Assembly: GCA_043228905.1 (NCBI GenBank)
Contig: JBHGNT010000014.1
Location: 20,336,001-20,400,000, forward strand
Direction of reading: 5' to 3'
Length of the DNA: 64,000 nt
Source of the DNA: Azolla caroliniana
Taxonomy: Eukaryota; Plantae; Polypodiophyta
Shown: positions 53,205 through 64,000 of the stretch, one piece after another
Layout of the letters: every line of letters begins with the position of its first letter
Position numbering within the stretch: the stretch's first letter is position 1
Translations under genes and position numbers: made by a program
Notes under the pieces: model-generated
Told to the model about the DNA's origin: nothing
The model's database searches: none
Seen by the model: the letters and a program-made list of their open reading frames with translations, nothing else

Positions 53205-53501
53205 TTGCAGAAAATAAAAAGCTGTTGTTTGCACAGCGAATCAGTGTGAGTTCGTCATCCAGTTACATTTTTGCACAAGTTCAAGGCTCCTAGCAAAATG
53301 CAACCTCACACCTGCAGTGTGATGGCTATCAACTATGCAGCCAGTAAGTACAATGAACAATACTTGCAGAAAATATAAAGGTGTTTGCACAGTCAATCAG
53401 TGCAAATTCGCCCTCCAGTTTACAATTTTGCAAAAGTTCAAGGATCCTAGCAAATTCCAACCTCACACCTGCAGTGTGATGGCCATCAACTATGTAGCCA
53501 G
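53205..53501. repeat. Diverged tandem duplication, about 156 bp x2
   Basis: TGTTTGCACAG..AATCAGTG...AAGTTCAAGG.TCCTAGCAAA...AACCTCACACCTGCAGTGTGATGGC.ATCAACTATG starts at 53226 and 53382. Confidence 0.88.
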
Positions 53502-55784
53502 GGTGTCCAACTGTTCATGTCATGCAACACAGATCCTGAAGAATGTAGTGGTGCAAGACCTCCACCATGTTTCTCCAGGATGATTCGAGCTGTCATGAGG
53601 AAAGCTGGACTTACCCATTCCAACAAGAACTGTCTTAATGCCATGACTCGGACATTGCTGAAGCGCATTCCAGCACCTCATAATTATTTACCAAGAAGGT
53701 ATTTAAGCATTTGCCCCACACATAGCCAGAAGTCTTATGTCGATGGCCCCTTCAAACACTAAAGGCATGCTGCTGACATCTTGCTTCTGAAATGGAAACA
53801 ATGATTTAATTTGTGGCTACCAGTGCCTGCAATTGTGGTCTCGACAACATAGCTGCCTGCACTCAACAGAAAGCTTGACCATTGACCACTGGTCTCTGCC
53901 TTCAACAAACTCATTTGCATTTCTTCCTTAAAAATATCATTGAGCTATTTTGGGAATGTTATTAATTGCACGGCTGATTTTTAACATTCACCATACAAAG
54001 CATTATAAAAGCCTATTGTTTTCCTTTAAAAATATCGGTGACCTATTTTGGCATGATTACTATTTTTGTGGGTTCCCCCAAACCAAAGACTTATGTGAGT
54101 AACATGCCTCAATGCAGAATGTACCTGACCTTGTAGATCACTTCTACCTAAGTCCAGGTGTCATCTTTATTTATATACTAGAATCTCCTTTTCGGGGGGA
54201 AAGGCTGGATTGTAAGCATAGATAATCTAAACAATATTATCAGCGGACATCTGGTTCGAATCTATCTATAATTGCAAACCCCACTATACCTTGTTAGCAA
54301 AGATCTTTAAAAGAAGGGCAGTGAATAGCTGCCAATCCTCGAGCCATGCTTCTCTACCAAAGGAATTACATGTGTATACTCCCAGTAGAAGCATTCCAAG
54401 GTTACAGATATATGCAACAAGAACTGATTGTACTAGGATAAGCAGTGTATATGCATAGACCATATCACTAATTTCCAGTATTGCAGCTTAAGTTTAATCT
54501 ACTCAAGAATGCAGTACACTTGATCTCATGCGGATACATTCCATGCACAACGATACCAAGATTCTGAACCAATACGTTGGGGAAATAACATGTCCTTGAC
54601 AGGCATGTATGCTCTGGATCCATTATCTATGACTGAAGATTTAGTAGGGTTTTGGACATTTCAATTTCATATTTACTTTCAATTTCCAGGATTTGCTATG
54701 TTGTCTATGCTAAAGTTTAGTGATTTGTGTTCTTTTAGCATATTTGTTATATCATACCGAGGAACAAAAAATACAATGCACTATCAAAACACAATCGTAC
54801 TGCATCATACAATTTTGTAAAATCGTATGATGCTTGGAACAAAACCATACTTTGAAGTGGAAGTGCAAAAAAATAGCTCTTTAGGAGATTTGGACAATTA
54901 CCAATTCTGCAACACAGAACTAATCATTGTTAGCATGAATAATTTGGACTCTTGCGAAAACTCAATTGCTGAACCACTCCACCATGGGACTTAATAATGA
55001 GTCAGCCCATTTAGAGCTTCATATAACTCCATTAAACATACCATTTTCTATGCAATGCTTCATATCGTGCAAGTATTGTGTTACTATGGCAATTAACTTA
55101 TCCCAAAATGCAAAGCCTAGAAGTTTGAGGATAGAAATAGAGGCAGAAATAAACAAGAAGTTAAAAGATATATCCTAATGCAAGTTCTTGGAGTTGATAA
55201 CACATCAAATCAGCATTCTGGTTGACAAGTATTTTTCTTGTATCTAATGCTACTCTTTAGAAAAACAACTCTTCTCTGGTACAAGGTACATCACAGGCGA
55301 TTATCCACTTATCTGTATTCTGCTTGAGATTCCTTTCTGTCCATATAATGAAGCAAATACCATGCTACATTCAGAATATGACCTTATCTTGTGAATGGAC
55401 AATTGCATCTCTGACCATTGATTGAAACCAATTGCGAGATACGCAACTATTGTCAACATTAAGAAAGCATCTTCAAGTCAATTGTAGCAAATCATCTATC
55501 TAGCCTTGCTATGTAACATGAGATAACACAAGATGAGACAAAGTGCTTTGATTGTTGCAGCTATACCTTGAGGAGTTGACACTGGCTTACCAGTCTCTTT
55601 AGAGCGTGCACACATAAATCCATGTCCTTAACTCACCTTTCCATAGTCTCTTATCAAACTAAGAGTGCTAATCTCACTAAAAACAATCAAGCCTTCTTTT
55701 TGATATCGTTGAATTCATGTCATCCATATTAAGACAAAAACAAAAGCTCATTTGCAAACAAGTGTGGAAATAAATAACCAATAG

Positions 55785-56081
55785 CTCACCAGTGTCACAG
55801 TACAAACCAAGAGATATAATTTGGTAAAACTCCCCATAACCATTACAGAATGTATCACTTATACTGTAGTTCATTTAAATGCAGACAGTGCTGGATCTGA
55901 AATTCCTTGGAGAAAAGCTAGAAAGTGCATGATATGGATGTTTGTTATTGTTATAACAAAACCCTCAACATTTATATAGCACTGTCTGCACATAATTTGT
56001 ACTACCGTATAAACTATATACGTTTTGTAATGGTTATGAGGAGTTTTAACAATTTTCAGTTAGTATTGTGACACTGGTGAG
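55785..56081. repeat. Imperfect inverted repeat (arms about 105 bp, loop about 85 nt)
   Basis: The arm at 55785-55892 (CTCACCAGTGTCACAGTAC...TAAAACTCCCCATAACCATTACAGAATGTAT...TGCAGACAGTGCT) matches the reverse complement of 55978-56081. Confidence 0.9.
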
Positions 56082-56553
56082 AATCGAATCATGAAAATGC
56101 ATTTGTTTAAATTAACCAGACAAATGTACCGGTTACATGAAGACCCAATTGTTACCTTAAACAAACTCCGCCCAATACCACAATTCATTGCAAATACATA
56201 AAAAGACACATAGCCCTGGAAAGCAAGGTTGAAAGTGCTTGAAGGGGAATATTGATTTGAGCGAGAGTTAACATGTATGTGTGAGCGCACACACATGAAA
56301 CATGTGGAGATTGTGTGTGTGTGTGTGCATGCATGCATATATGTGTGCATTTTCCGTACATGTGCGCAAGTGGGTGGGCATGCTATGCATGAACATATGT
56401 GCATGCATGCATGTACGGATGTACATATGTATGTATAAAAGAAAGAACATTTATGCATGTATGTATCAAAAAATACCTATTTGAAATCATTGATATAAAG
56501 TGTAAGATGGAGGGGAGATGGATAGAGACTGCCGGCTGGCCTCTACTCTCGAG

Positions 56554-57309
56554 TCACGTGGATATGAGTGCTTTGGGTCTTGTTTTAAACAGAAGCTTAT
56601 GTCTGATCACTCCAATCACACGAAGCTCAACCTTCGGTGTCATCTGTTTCGGGTACTGGGTTCCGGAGTCATCATCCACATCCATGGGAGCTTCATCGTG
56701 AACCTTCTTCTGAAGCACAAGGAGGGGTTTCTTCAAGGCCACTTTCTTGCCTTGTAGCTGATGATATCCGATGGTGAGGTAGTATTCATCCTTCATATAA
56801 ACATATCACAAATGAAAACATGTCTCTTCAACGTAAATATACCAAAGACTTCTCCTTCTCCACAAACAAATGTCTTCTACTTCTCCCTCTTGATAACTGA
56901 GGCAGACGTTATACTCTACCATCACATGCCTACATTACCTCTTCTACTTCTCCCTCTTGATAACTGATGCAGAGGTTATACTCTACCATCACATACCTAC
57001 ATTACCTCACCCCTTCACATATATACATGTGTGTGTTTACGAACAGACACAAATGCATATATAACAAAAGAGACATATATCATATAAAGGCTTCTTCTTC
57101 TTCTTCTTTCTTGTAAAATTTCTCGTGTATGATAGAGATAATAGTATCAGACATGTTACCTGCTGAGGAGAGCAGAGGGATCCCACAGGTAGGTTATGGA
57201 GGGGAAGATGTTGAGCAGAAGGTTGAATCTCCAGCACTCCCTGCAACTCCAGCAGCGCCCAATCAGAGCAATCCTTCCGATCACATCCACACTTCACGTG
57301 AATCTGCAT
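56554..57309 (-). CDS. CTF8: Chromosome transmission fidelity protein 8 (Ctf18-RFC subunit), 2 exons, 128 aa
   Basis: Exon 1 is 57309-57160 (MQIHVKC...DWALLELQGVLE...VGSLC). Exon 2 is 56790-56554 (YLTIGYHQLQGKKVALKKPLLVL...VIGVIRHKLLFKTRPKALIS). These are typical Ctf8 motifs, joined by a phase-0 GT-AG intron. Confidence 0.93.
56874..57007. repeat. 67-bp tandem duplication in the CTF8 intron
   Basis: CTTCTACTTCTCCCTCTTGATAACTGA.GCAGA.GTTATACTCTACCATCACAT.CCTACATTACCT starts at 56874 and 56941. Confidence 0.92.
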
Positions 57310-59428
57310 TCTTCTTCTTTCTGTCTTCCTTGAGTCTTCGCTCTTTCGTAATCCTTCTATCTTCTTCCTTCCTTCTTCTGTCTTCTGTCTTCTGTCTTCT
57401 TCCTTCTTCCTTCTTCCACAGGAGTTCCTGTGTCTTCCTTCTTCCCCATGGGGTTTCCTTTATTTCATCGGAATACCCCTATTCTTTTCCTTATTTCCAT
57501 AAATGCCCTCCCTCCTCCTCTTCCTCCTCCTTGGGAGCCAATGTATGTATGTATGTATGTATGTATGTATGTATTCCACACTCCTCCTCCTCCTCCTTCG
57601 CACTTTGTCATGTAATAGTGTGTAGTCCACGAGTTTGATCCCAGGTGATTCCCTCACTCCCCAGACCTCCCCATGCTAGAGATCTTATTCGAGAATCTTA
57701 CACATATAGATGACGAGATTCTTTTGCCATATCTTTGTCGATCTGTTCTTGTTTACTTTTACTGTTTTGCTTTAGTTGCATTTATTTTGGTTCGTTGTTC
57801 TCGAAGACGAGACAACCTTTCTAAGATGTAGTATTCTCTTGTTTGGTCTTTGAATCAATTTCAGTCTCTTAAAAAGACATTAATCTTATTCCCTCCCTCT
57901 CTCTATATACCTAGGTTTTATCCCCACCATAGGCTATGTCCCATCTCATAGATTGTGATAGGTTTTCCATGGATTTCTAAAAGATATCTATCTCTCCCAC
58001 TTACTCATACTCTCACTTCCATCATGAAACGAAACTCTATGACGCACCACCCAATGGATTGTCTTACTTTTTGAGCTTCCCATATCTTCTCTTCGGCACA
58101 ATCTCAAGTCACTCAAAAGTCTTGCTCCCATTACACATTTGAACAAGGTTCTTTAATGGTAAAGGGGGTCCAAAGAAAGTTCTATAACAAAAACAAAGGT
58201 GAAATCAACAATTTTCCACCCAACAATGTTTTATTCTCTCATTGTCTTATCTTATTAGTAATTGAAATGTTGCCTTGCTAGTTAGTTAGCTTTTAGGCCA
58301 TTGATATTATTGAAGGGTTAAAATCCTTAATTCAACATACATTTCCTATGCCATGTACCACTTCTCCAAAACATTGTTTGATGTTGGTATATAATGCTAA
58401 AAAGTGACAATCTCGAAGAAATTGTCACAAATATCTCGATTTTGGCCTAATAAAAAAATTTGATCCAAATTCTTTCCTGAGTATTAGGAAATTAAGAGAA
58501 AAGAATGTAAGTTAAATGGGAAGTTAGTAGAGTCTTATGTGTTTCTATTGAGGATTTTATCTCATTTTATTAATATTTGAGATGGAGAAAATAAAAAATG
58601 CCAACCAATCCAACTTAGATATATTGTTTCCCCCCACTCAATATTCGAATTATAACAAATGGATGTCCTTTTATGCTATGTTAAGATATATGAAATAATC
58701 ATGTAGCATAATGAACTTGAGATGGAGAGATGTTATGAGCACATATGCATATACATATATGCATGTGCAATCTTAATTTAAGGAGTTACTCTCTTCATTG
58801 GGTTCTATAACTAATATCATGTATTTGCTTACAGATAAGTGTCTCGTTAGCCTCCCATAATTGAATGTCTATGAGCTTATAGCTATTAAGGAATTATTGT
58901 AACTTATTTATGAATATTTTGCATCTTGTCAAGTAGAGAGTTAAGACCACTATCATAGGTGACGACTATGTCATGCACTCTTATTTTTGGGAACAGGACA
59001 TAACAAGGCTTCATCCGAAGTGTGATGGGCCTATGATCAACAATAGATGGGTCAGAGAGATCTACAGACCCCTAAATAAAAAGTGCAGTCACATTAATAT
59101 ATTGTGATTTAGACACAACTGAAATCTCTAACCATTTTTCTCCCAACAAAATATTCAGAAAGAGATCGGTGTTCAACGTGAAGGACTCTGCCCAAGTCTG
59201 AGTCCAAATCTCATTGGTCACAAATGGTCTCCTGTGGACATTAAAATGGTGTCTATCTATCTATCTATCTAAGCCTTCGATGTCTCGGCGTTTCGAGAAG
59301 GGTATTTTGGTAATTCTGGAAAAGGGCATTTTTTGTTGCTAATTCCGGAAAGGGTAATTGTTTTGGTACTTTTGTTCGACAAGGGTAGTTTGGTAATGCA
59401 AGAAGAAGAAGAAGGAAGACGATGAGCG

Positions 59429-61576
59429 ATGGAAGCTCTGATGGATTCCTGCATGGCCAACAACGATCTACGCACAGCCAAGTCCCTCTTGGATCGATTC
59501 AAGACGATGAAGAAAACGGAGATGAAAAACTCGCCTTTCATCATCGCATCAAACACATTGTGTGCTTCTCTCATTCGTCTCTCTGTGAAGCTCGGTGACC
59601 CGAAAGGCGCAGTCGACCTCTTCTTTTTCACACAAACACAAGGTATTATTCTTCCCGATTCTTATGTATTTGTCGCAGCTCTTCAAGCATGTTCCTCATC
59701 ATCAACAAGTTGCAGTAATGGTAGTAGTATACGTTGTAATAGAAATATCAGTAGCAATAGTAGCAGTAGAGATATTTGTAATAGTAGTGCAAACAATATA
59801 ATTAGTAGTAGTAGTAGTAGTATTTGTCCTTTTTCTTCTTCTTCAGGAAACGGTAGTTGTGCACAACATTGCAGGCTCATTGAATTCCTCGTGGTTGAGA
59901 GAGGGTTGGAGTCTCATCTTGTTGTTGGAAACTCTCTCATCCACACGTATGTGAAATATGGTCTCTTTGAGGATGCGAGACACGTCTTTGATAGACTTGA
60001 AAGCGGCCGACGAAATGTTGTCACTTGGAGCTCGATGATGTCAGGTTATGCTACTTATGGCCATTCTGATGAGGCCTTTCGCCTCTTTCAACACATGCAA
60101 TGTGAGGGTAGTGTGGCACGTAACAAAGTCCCATTCATTTGTGTCTTGAAATCATGCCCATCATTGCATATAGGAAAGACTCTACACATGTATGTGGTGG
60201 CTAATGGCATGGACTCAGACATTGTTGTTCGGAATGCTTTGATCGAGATGTATGCAAAATGTGGTAGTTTGAATCTCTCTCATTCAGTGTTTAATCAATC
60301 TCTTATTTTGGATGTGGTCACTTTTGGCTCAATGATGGGTGGGTTTATTAAGCACAACCAATTTGAGGAAGCTTTGAAGCTCTTTGAAAGAATGCTCGAA
60401 AGTTCTATCCAGCCAAATGAGGTCATTTTTGTGTATGCATTTAAAACATGCTCAATGTTAGGATCTCTTGATGATGGGAAGTTGATCCATAGCCTTCTTA
60501 TAGAAGACAATATTCCATTCCATGGAACCATTGGGAACACTTTAATTGATATGTATGGGAACCTTGGGAGCCTCGAAGATGCATTTCGTGTCTTCGATCG
60601 GTCACCCAAAGGAGATGTTGTGACTTGGAGTGCATTGATTTCGGCTTGTTCTCTTCATAACCAAGACAAAGAAGCACTCCAACTCTTTGATAAGATGCGG
60701 GAAACTAGTGGTATAGATCCAGATCACATCATTTTTACTTGTACCCTGAAAGCTTGCTCTAATATTTCAGCTCTTCGCAAGGGACAAATGATTCACATCC
60801 ATCTCATCAAATCAGGTATTGGATTTGAACTGTCTAGTAGCAATACCCTTATTGATCTCTACATAAAATGTGGGCGTCTTGAAGACGCATGTAGGATGTT
60901 TAATAGGTCTGCTAAAAAATCAGTGGTCACATGGAATACCATCATATTAGGGTGCTGTGAATGTGGGCAATTCTTTTTAGCCAAAAAATATTTCATTGAA
61001 ATGCAACAGAGAGGAATTGAACCCAACACCATGACTTTTTCATGCCTACTTTTAACATGTAGTCACATGGGTCGAGTGAGAGATGGCCTTAGCTTTTATA
61101 AAGTGATGTGTGAGGATCATGGAATGGCCCCTGAGCTCGGTCATTTCGTTTCTCTTGTTCATCTTCTTGGACATACAGGACACTTGGATGACGCCAAATG
61201 CCTTCTTGCAACCATGCCTTATGGGCCTGGTGTAGTAGGATGGAGATCTTTGTTAAGCCAATGTGGAGCTCATGGTAATGTAAAGCTAGGTCAACAATGC
61301 TTTGAAAGTGTGTCATTAGGAGATCAGAGAGAAGCGGCTGGATATGTGCTGATGTCAACAATGCATCTGCATCCTGATACTCGAGTTGAAGTAGAAGAAA
61401 TGAGAAAATATGTCAATGCATGGAAAAAACCAGCGCAAGCTTTCATCGAGGTTGATGGTAAAGTGCACAGTTTCAATGTGGGTGAGGAATGCCATCCTGA
61501 AATTCATAATGTTCATGAGAAGTTAAAGCAGATGTGGGCAAAGATGGTGGAAGAAGGTTACTTGCATAGATGGTGA
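59429..61576 (+). CDS. PLS-class pentatricopeptide repeat protein with E/E+ extension and no DYW domain (organellar RNA editing factor type), intronless, 715 aa
   Basis: Repeated P-L-S motifs such as GNSLIHTYVKYG..EDARHVFD..RNVVTWSSMM, NALIEMYAKCG and NTLIDLYIKCGRLEDA. E domains read LVHLLGHTGHLDDA...WRSLLSQCGAHGNV. E+ reads KKPAQAFIEVDGKVHSFNVGEECHP...EEGY and is followed by the stop. Confidence 0.95.
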   Translation: MEALMDSCMANNDLRTAKSLLDRFKTMKKTEMKNSPFIIASNTLCASLIRLSVKLGDPKGAVDLFFFTQTQGIILPDSYVFVAALQACSSSSTSCSNGSSIRCNRNISSNSSSRDICNSSANNIISSSSSSICPFSSSSGNGSCAQHCRLIEFLVVERGLESHLVVGNSLIHTYVKYGLFEDARHVFDRLESGRRNVVTWSSMMSGYATYGHSDEAFRLFQHMQCEGSVARNKVPFICVLKSCPSLHIGKTLHMYVVANGMDSDIVVRNALIEMYAKCGSLNLSHSVFNQSLILDVVTFGSMMGGFIKHNQFEEALKLFERMLESSIQPNEVIFVYAFKTCSMLGSLDDGKLIHSLLIEDNIPFHGTIGNTLIDMYGNLGSLEDAFRVFDRSPKGDVVTWSALISACSLHNQDKEALQLFDKMRETSGIDPDHIIFTCTLKACSNISALRKGQMIHIHLIKSGIGFELSSSNTLIDLYIKCGRLEDACRMFNRSAKKSVVTWNTIILGCCECGQFFLAKKYFIEMQQRGIEPNTMTFSCLLLTCSHMGRVRDGLSFYKVMCEDHGMAPELGHFVSLVHLLGHTGHLDDAKCLLATMPYGPGVVGWRSLLSQCGAHGNVKLGQQCFESVSLGDQREAAGYVLMSTMHLHPDTRVEVEEMRKYVNAWKKPAQAFIEVDGKVHSFNVGEECHPEIHNVHEKLKQMWAKMVEEGYLHRW

Positions 61577-61890
61577 TATGTATATATACATATAACATGA
61601 TATGATATTCGACAAATTTAATATGCATAGATGGGGATGTGATGTTATGTGTAACTATACAGTGACATGATGGTTTACAAAGATTACATACATGTAGAGG
61701 TATTGTCTACATACAGGAATAGGATGAACATGAAATCATGTTGCTTCTATGTCCTAATGGAGTATTGGTTGTCAATTACGTAGTTGAAACTCAGTTCTCA
61801 AATTGTTCGTTGATGAGTTTTTTTCTGCCGGAGAAGGCACATTTATTTGGGGGAGTTTGTTTTGCCTAAACAAGGGGACGCTAGAACGGT

Positions 61891-61892
<2 letters not shown>

Positions 61893-61929
<37 letters not shown>
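61893..61929. repeat. (AT)n microsatellite downstream of the PPR gene
   Basis: Read directly from the sequence. Confidence 0.95.
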
Positions 61930-61931
<2 letters not shown>

Positions 61932-62160
61932 TATCACGATTCAAGAGAGTTGTTTCACTGAAAGAAGGGCTTAGGAGACCTCAGAAGTGTTGCAAATTGA
62001 ATTCCTATTTGCATGCGGAGACCTCAGAAGTTTTTGGGCTGAAAAAGCTCATCAGCTTGTGGAACAATAGCTCTCATTTATGGTGTATTTGTAAAAGATG
62101 ATTGCACTATCAAGGCTGAAGGTTGTGAGAAGATCCATATTTATGGAGTATGTCTATGTA

Positions 62161-62330
62161 TGTGGACTAACGGGACTATATATGGGCTGACATTAACAGT
62201 ATGCTGATGCATCTGTCAGTGTTACTTTCATGCTAATTGGAGTAACTCTATACGTGTGGATTAACAGAATTGTGTATATGAACTGACATTAACAATATGC
62301 TAATGCATCTCTCAGTCTTACCCTAATGCT
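62161..62330. repeat. Diverged duplication, about 94-bp period
   Basis: TGTGGA.TAAC...CTGACATTAACA.TATGCT.ATGCATCT.TCAGT.TTAC starts at 62161 and 62255. Confidence 0.8.
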
Positions 62331-64000
62331 AAAGCTATTCAAGCATTGCACTAAATTGATGCAGTGAATTGATACAAAGGAAAGAGTTTGAGCTGATCTA
62401 GTTTATTAGTGATACTTGAACTCTACATTTCATGGGGAAGCAAGGATACTCCCCCCATAAACTTGTTTTATAACAACATTCTCAAAAAAGAACCTCATGT
62501 AACAATTCTGGCCTTGTGACTCGAGTCATAGGGTAACTTGGTAGATTTGCCGGGTGCATCCTCCATTTCAAAGCAATTTATCATTTATAAACGGCAACCA
62601 AGTTAGAAGTGATCATTTGAGCATTCTTACTTTATTGGTATGCATGCAAATCTGGTATTCTCGTGCTAGATTCTACCTTGTTTTAATATTTCTTTTGCAA
62701 GCTGAGCCGTTTCATACAATGTACTATGCCCCAACCAAGACAACACGCTTGTCATGTTGTGTAGCTTACGTATGTCATGGAAGGTGTGATATGATGACTA
62801 TCAATTTTGTGGATTTTTGTCGTATTGCACTTAATACTTAGTAATAATGAACATTAAACTGTACAACATCAATAGCTTATGAAAATGTATTGCACCTTGA
62901 AAATATTCAGAGATTTAAATGTGACAATTTGAAATTTGAATACTAAAATTAAAGAGCATCAAGAAACCTTGAAATGGATAAAAGAGTTTTAAAGCTTTCA
63001 GTAACAATTGTTGGAAGCTGTTATAATGAACATTACCTTTGAACAAGGGCAACAAAACCAAAAAATTATTAAAAGATTTATAACAAGATTCAAATTTCAA
63101 AACAAAACCATGAATCACAAGTTGAATTATGCAATAGAAAAAGATAAATCTGGAGAGGTTTCTGTAGACTAGCCTACATTCTCATATAGCTTGGTAATTT
63201 CATAAACACAAATTTCATCGAATTGTTTGTCAAATCTCTACAATATGTTGTATACAAAGAGAGCATGTTAATGACCAAGTGTTCTCAAAGCTTGAAGCAA
63301 TTTTACAGAAAAAATCAAGAATCATATTTTGTATTATGTGAAGATAAGGTAATTCTCGTGAGATTTTGGAAGACTAGCCTATGTTCTCATATACCTTTAG
63401 ACTTTCATAACTACAACATTCCCCCAACTGTTTATCTATTAATTTTGTGTTTTGAAGGTTTTTTTCGGTGATAGAGCCCAAGGGAGAGGAAACTATAAGC
63501 ATTTCTTGGGGTATCACGAATGATGAAGACAAAGTGAAGAGATGATAATGAAGTGGGCTATGACCCGATATTACTAAGGAGTGATGCCTCAATCTATAGA
63601 CATATGTAATTGACAATAGAAACTATAACTCTGGTTGCTATTTCTATGTATGAAAACCAAGGCAACATGTATTTTGCCTCAAAGGAAGGCCTCAAAGCAT
63701 TCCATCAGATGCAGGATTTGTCAAGTTGGTAAGGTGGGGAAGGGGACACAATGTTAGTTGATTTAGTGAAAACTTATGATTTTTGTAAACAATCGCCTTG
63801 GCTTGGCCAATTGTGACATTTGTTGGACAATAACACAAATAGAGAGGATGATTATTAATGTTCATGGGGGACCAATACAATGTATGGGATGGGGTGCAAC
63901 TAGTATATGTACGTGCGTGCGTGCGTGCGTGTGTGTATTATTAAAACATCCACAAGAGATTGAATACGATTTTTGGTCTTTGATATGAGATAAATGTTTG

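Noticed and set aside
53517-53762. 81-aa plus-strand ORF
   Set aside because: It has no recognisable domain and no supporting splice structure on that strand.

Overview
This is AT-rich, intron-rich nuclear DNA from a land plant, not a prokaryote. An intact axonemal DRC11/IQCA1 gene points to a lineage with flagellated sperm; a fern fits best given the PLS-PPR, L1 remnants and GA microsatellites, but that is inference. Six protein-coding genes were reconstructed by hand from splice sites and frame continuity. (1) PP2C phosphatase, +, 10 coding exons, 340 aa. (2) EF-hand protein homologous to the N-terminal half of the plant At2g35800-type mitochondrial carrier but apparently lacking the carrier domain, -, about 476 aa. 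(3) DRC11/IQCA1, -, 18 exons, about 811 aa, with one GC-AG intron. (4) LRK10L/WAK-like receptor kinase, -. (5) CTF8, -, 128 aa. (6) PLS-class E+ PPR protein, +, 715 aa. Non-coding DNA holds decayed Copia and LINE remnants, two near-perfect tandem arrays (193 bp x7, 231 bp x4), many small local duplications and an approximately 300-nt inverted repeat downstream of CTF8. The best leads are the carrier-less EF-hand gene, the hairpin with a nearby chain of possible non-coding exons, and a possible secreted-ectodomain splice form of the kinase. Family assignments come from recalled sequence motifs; no searches were run.
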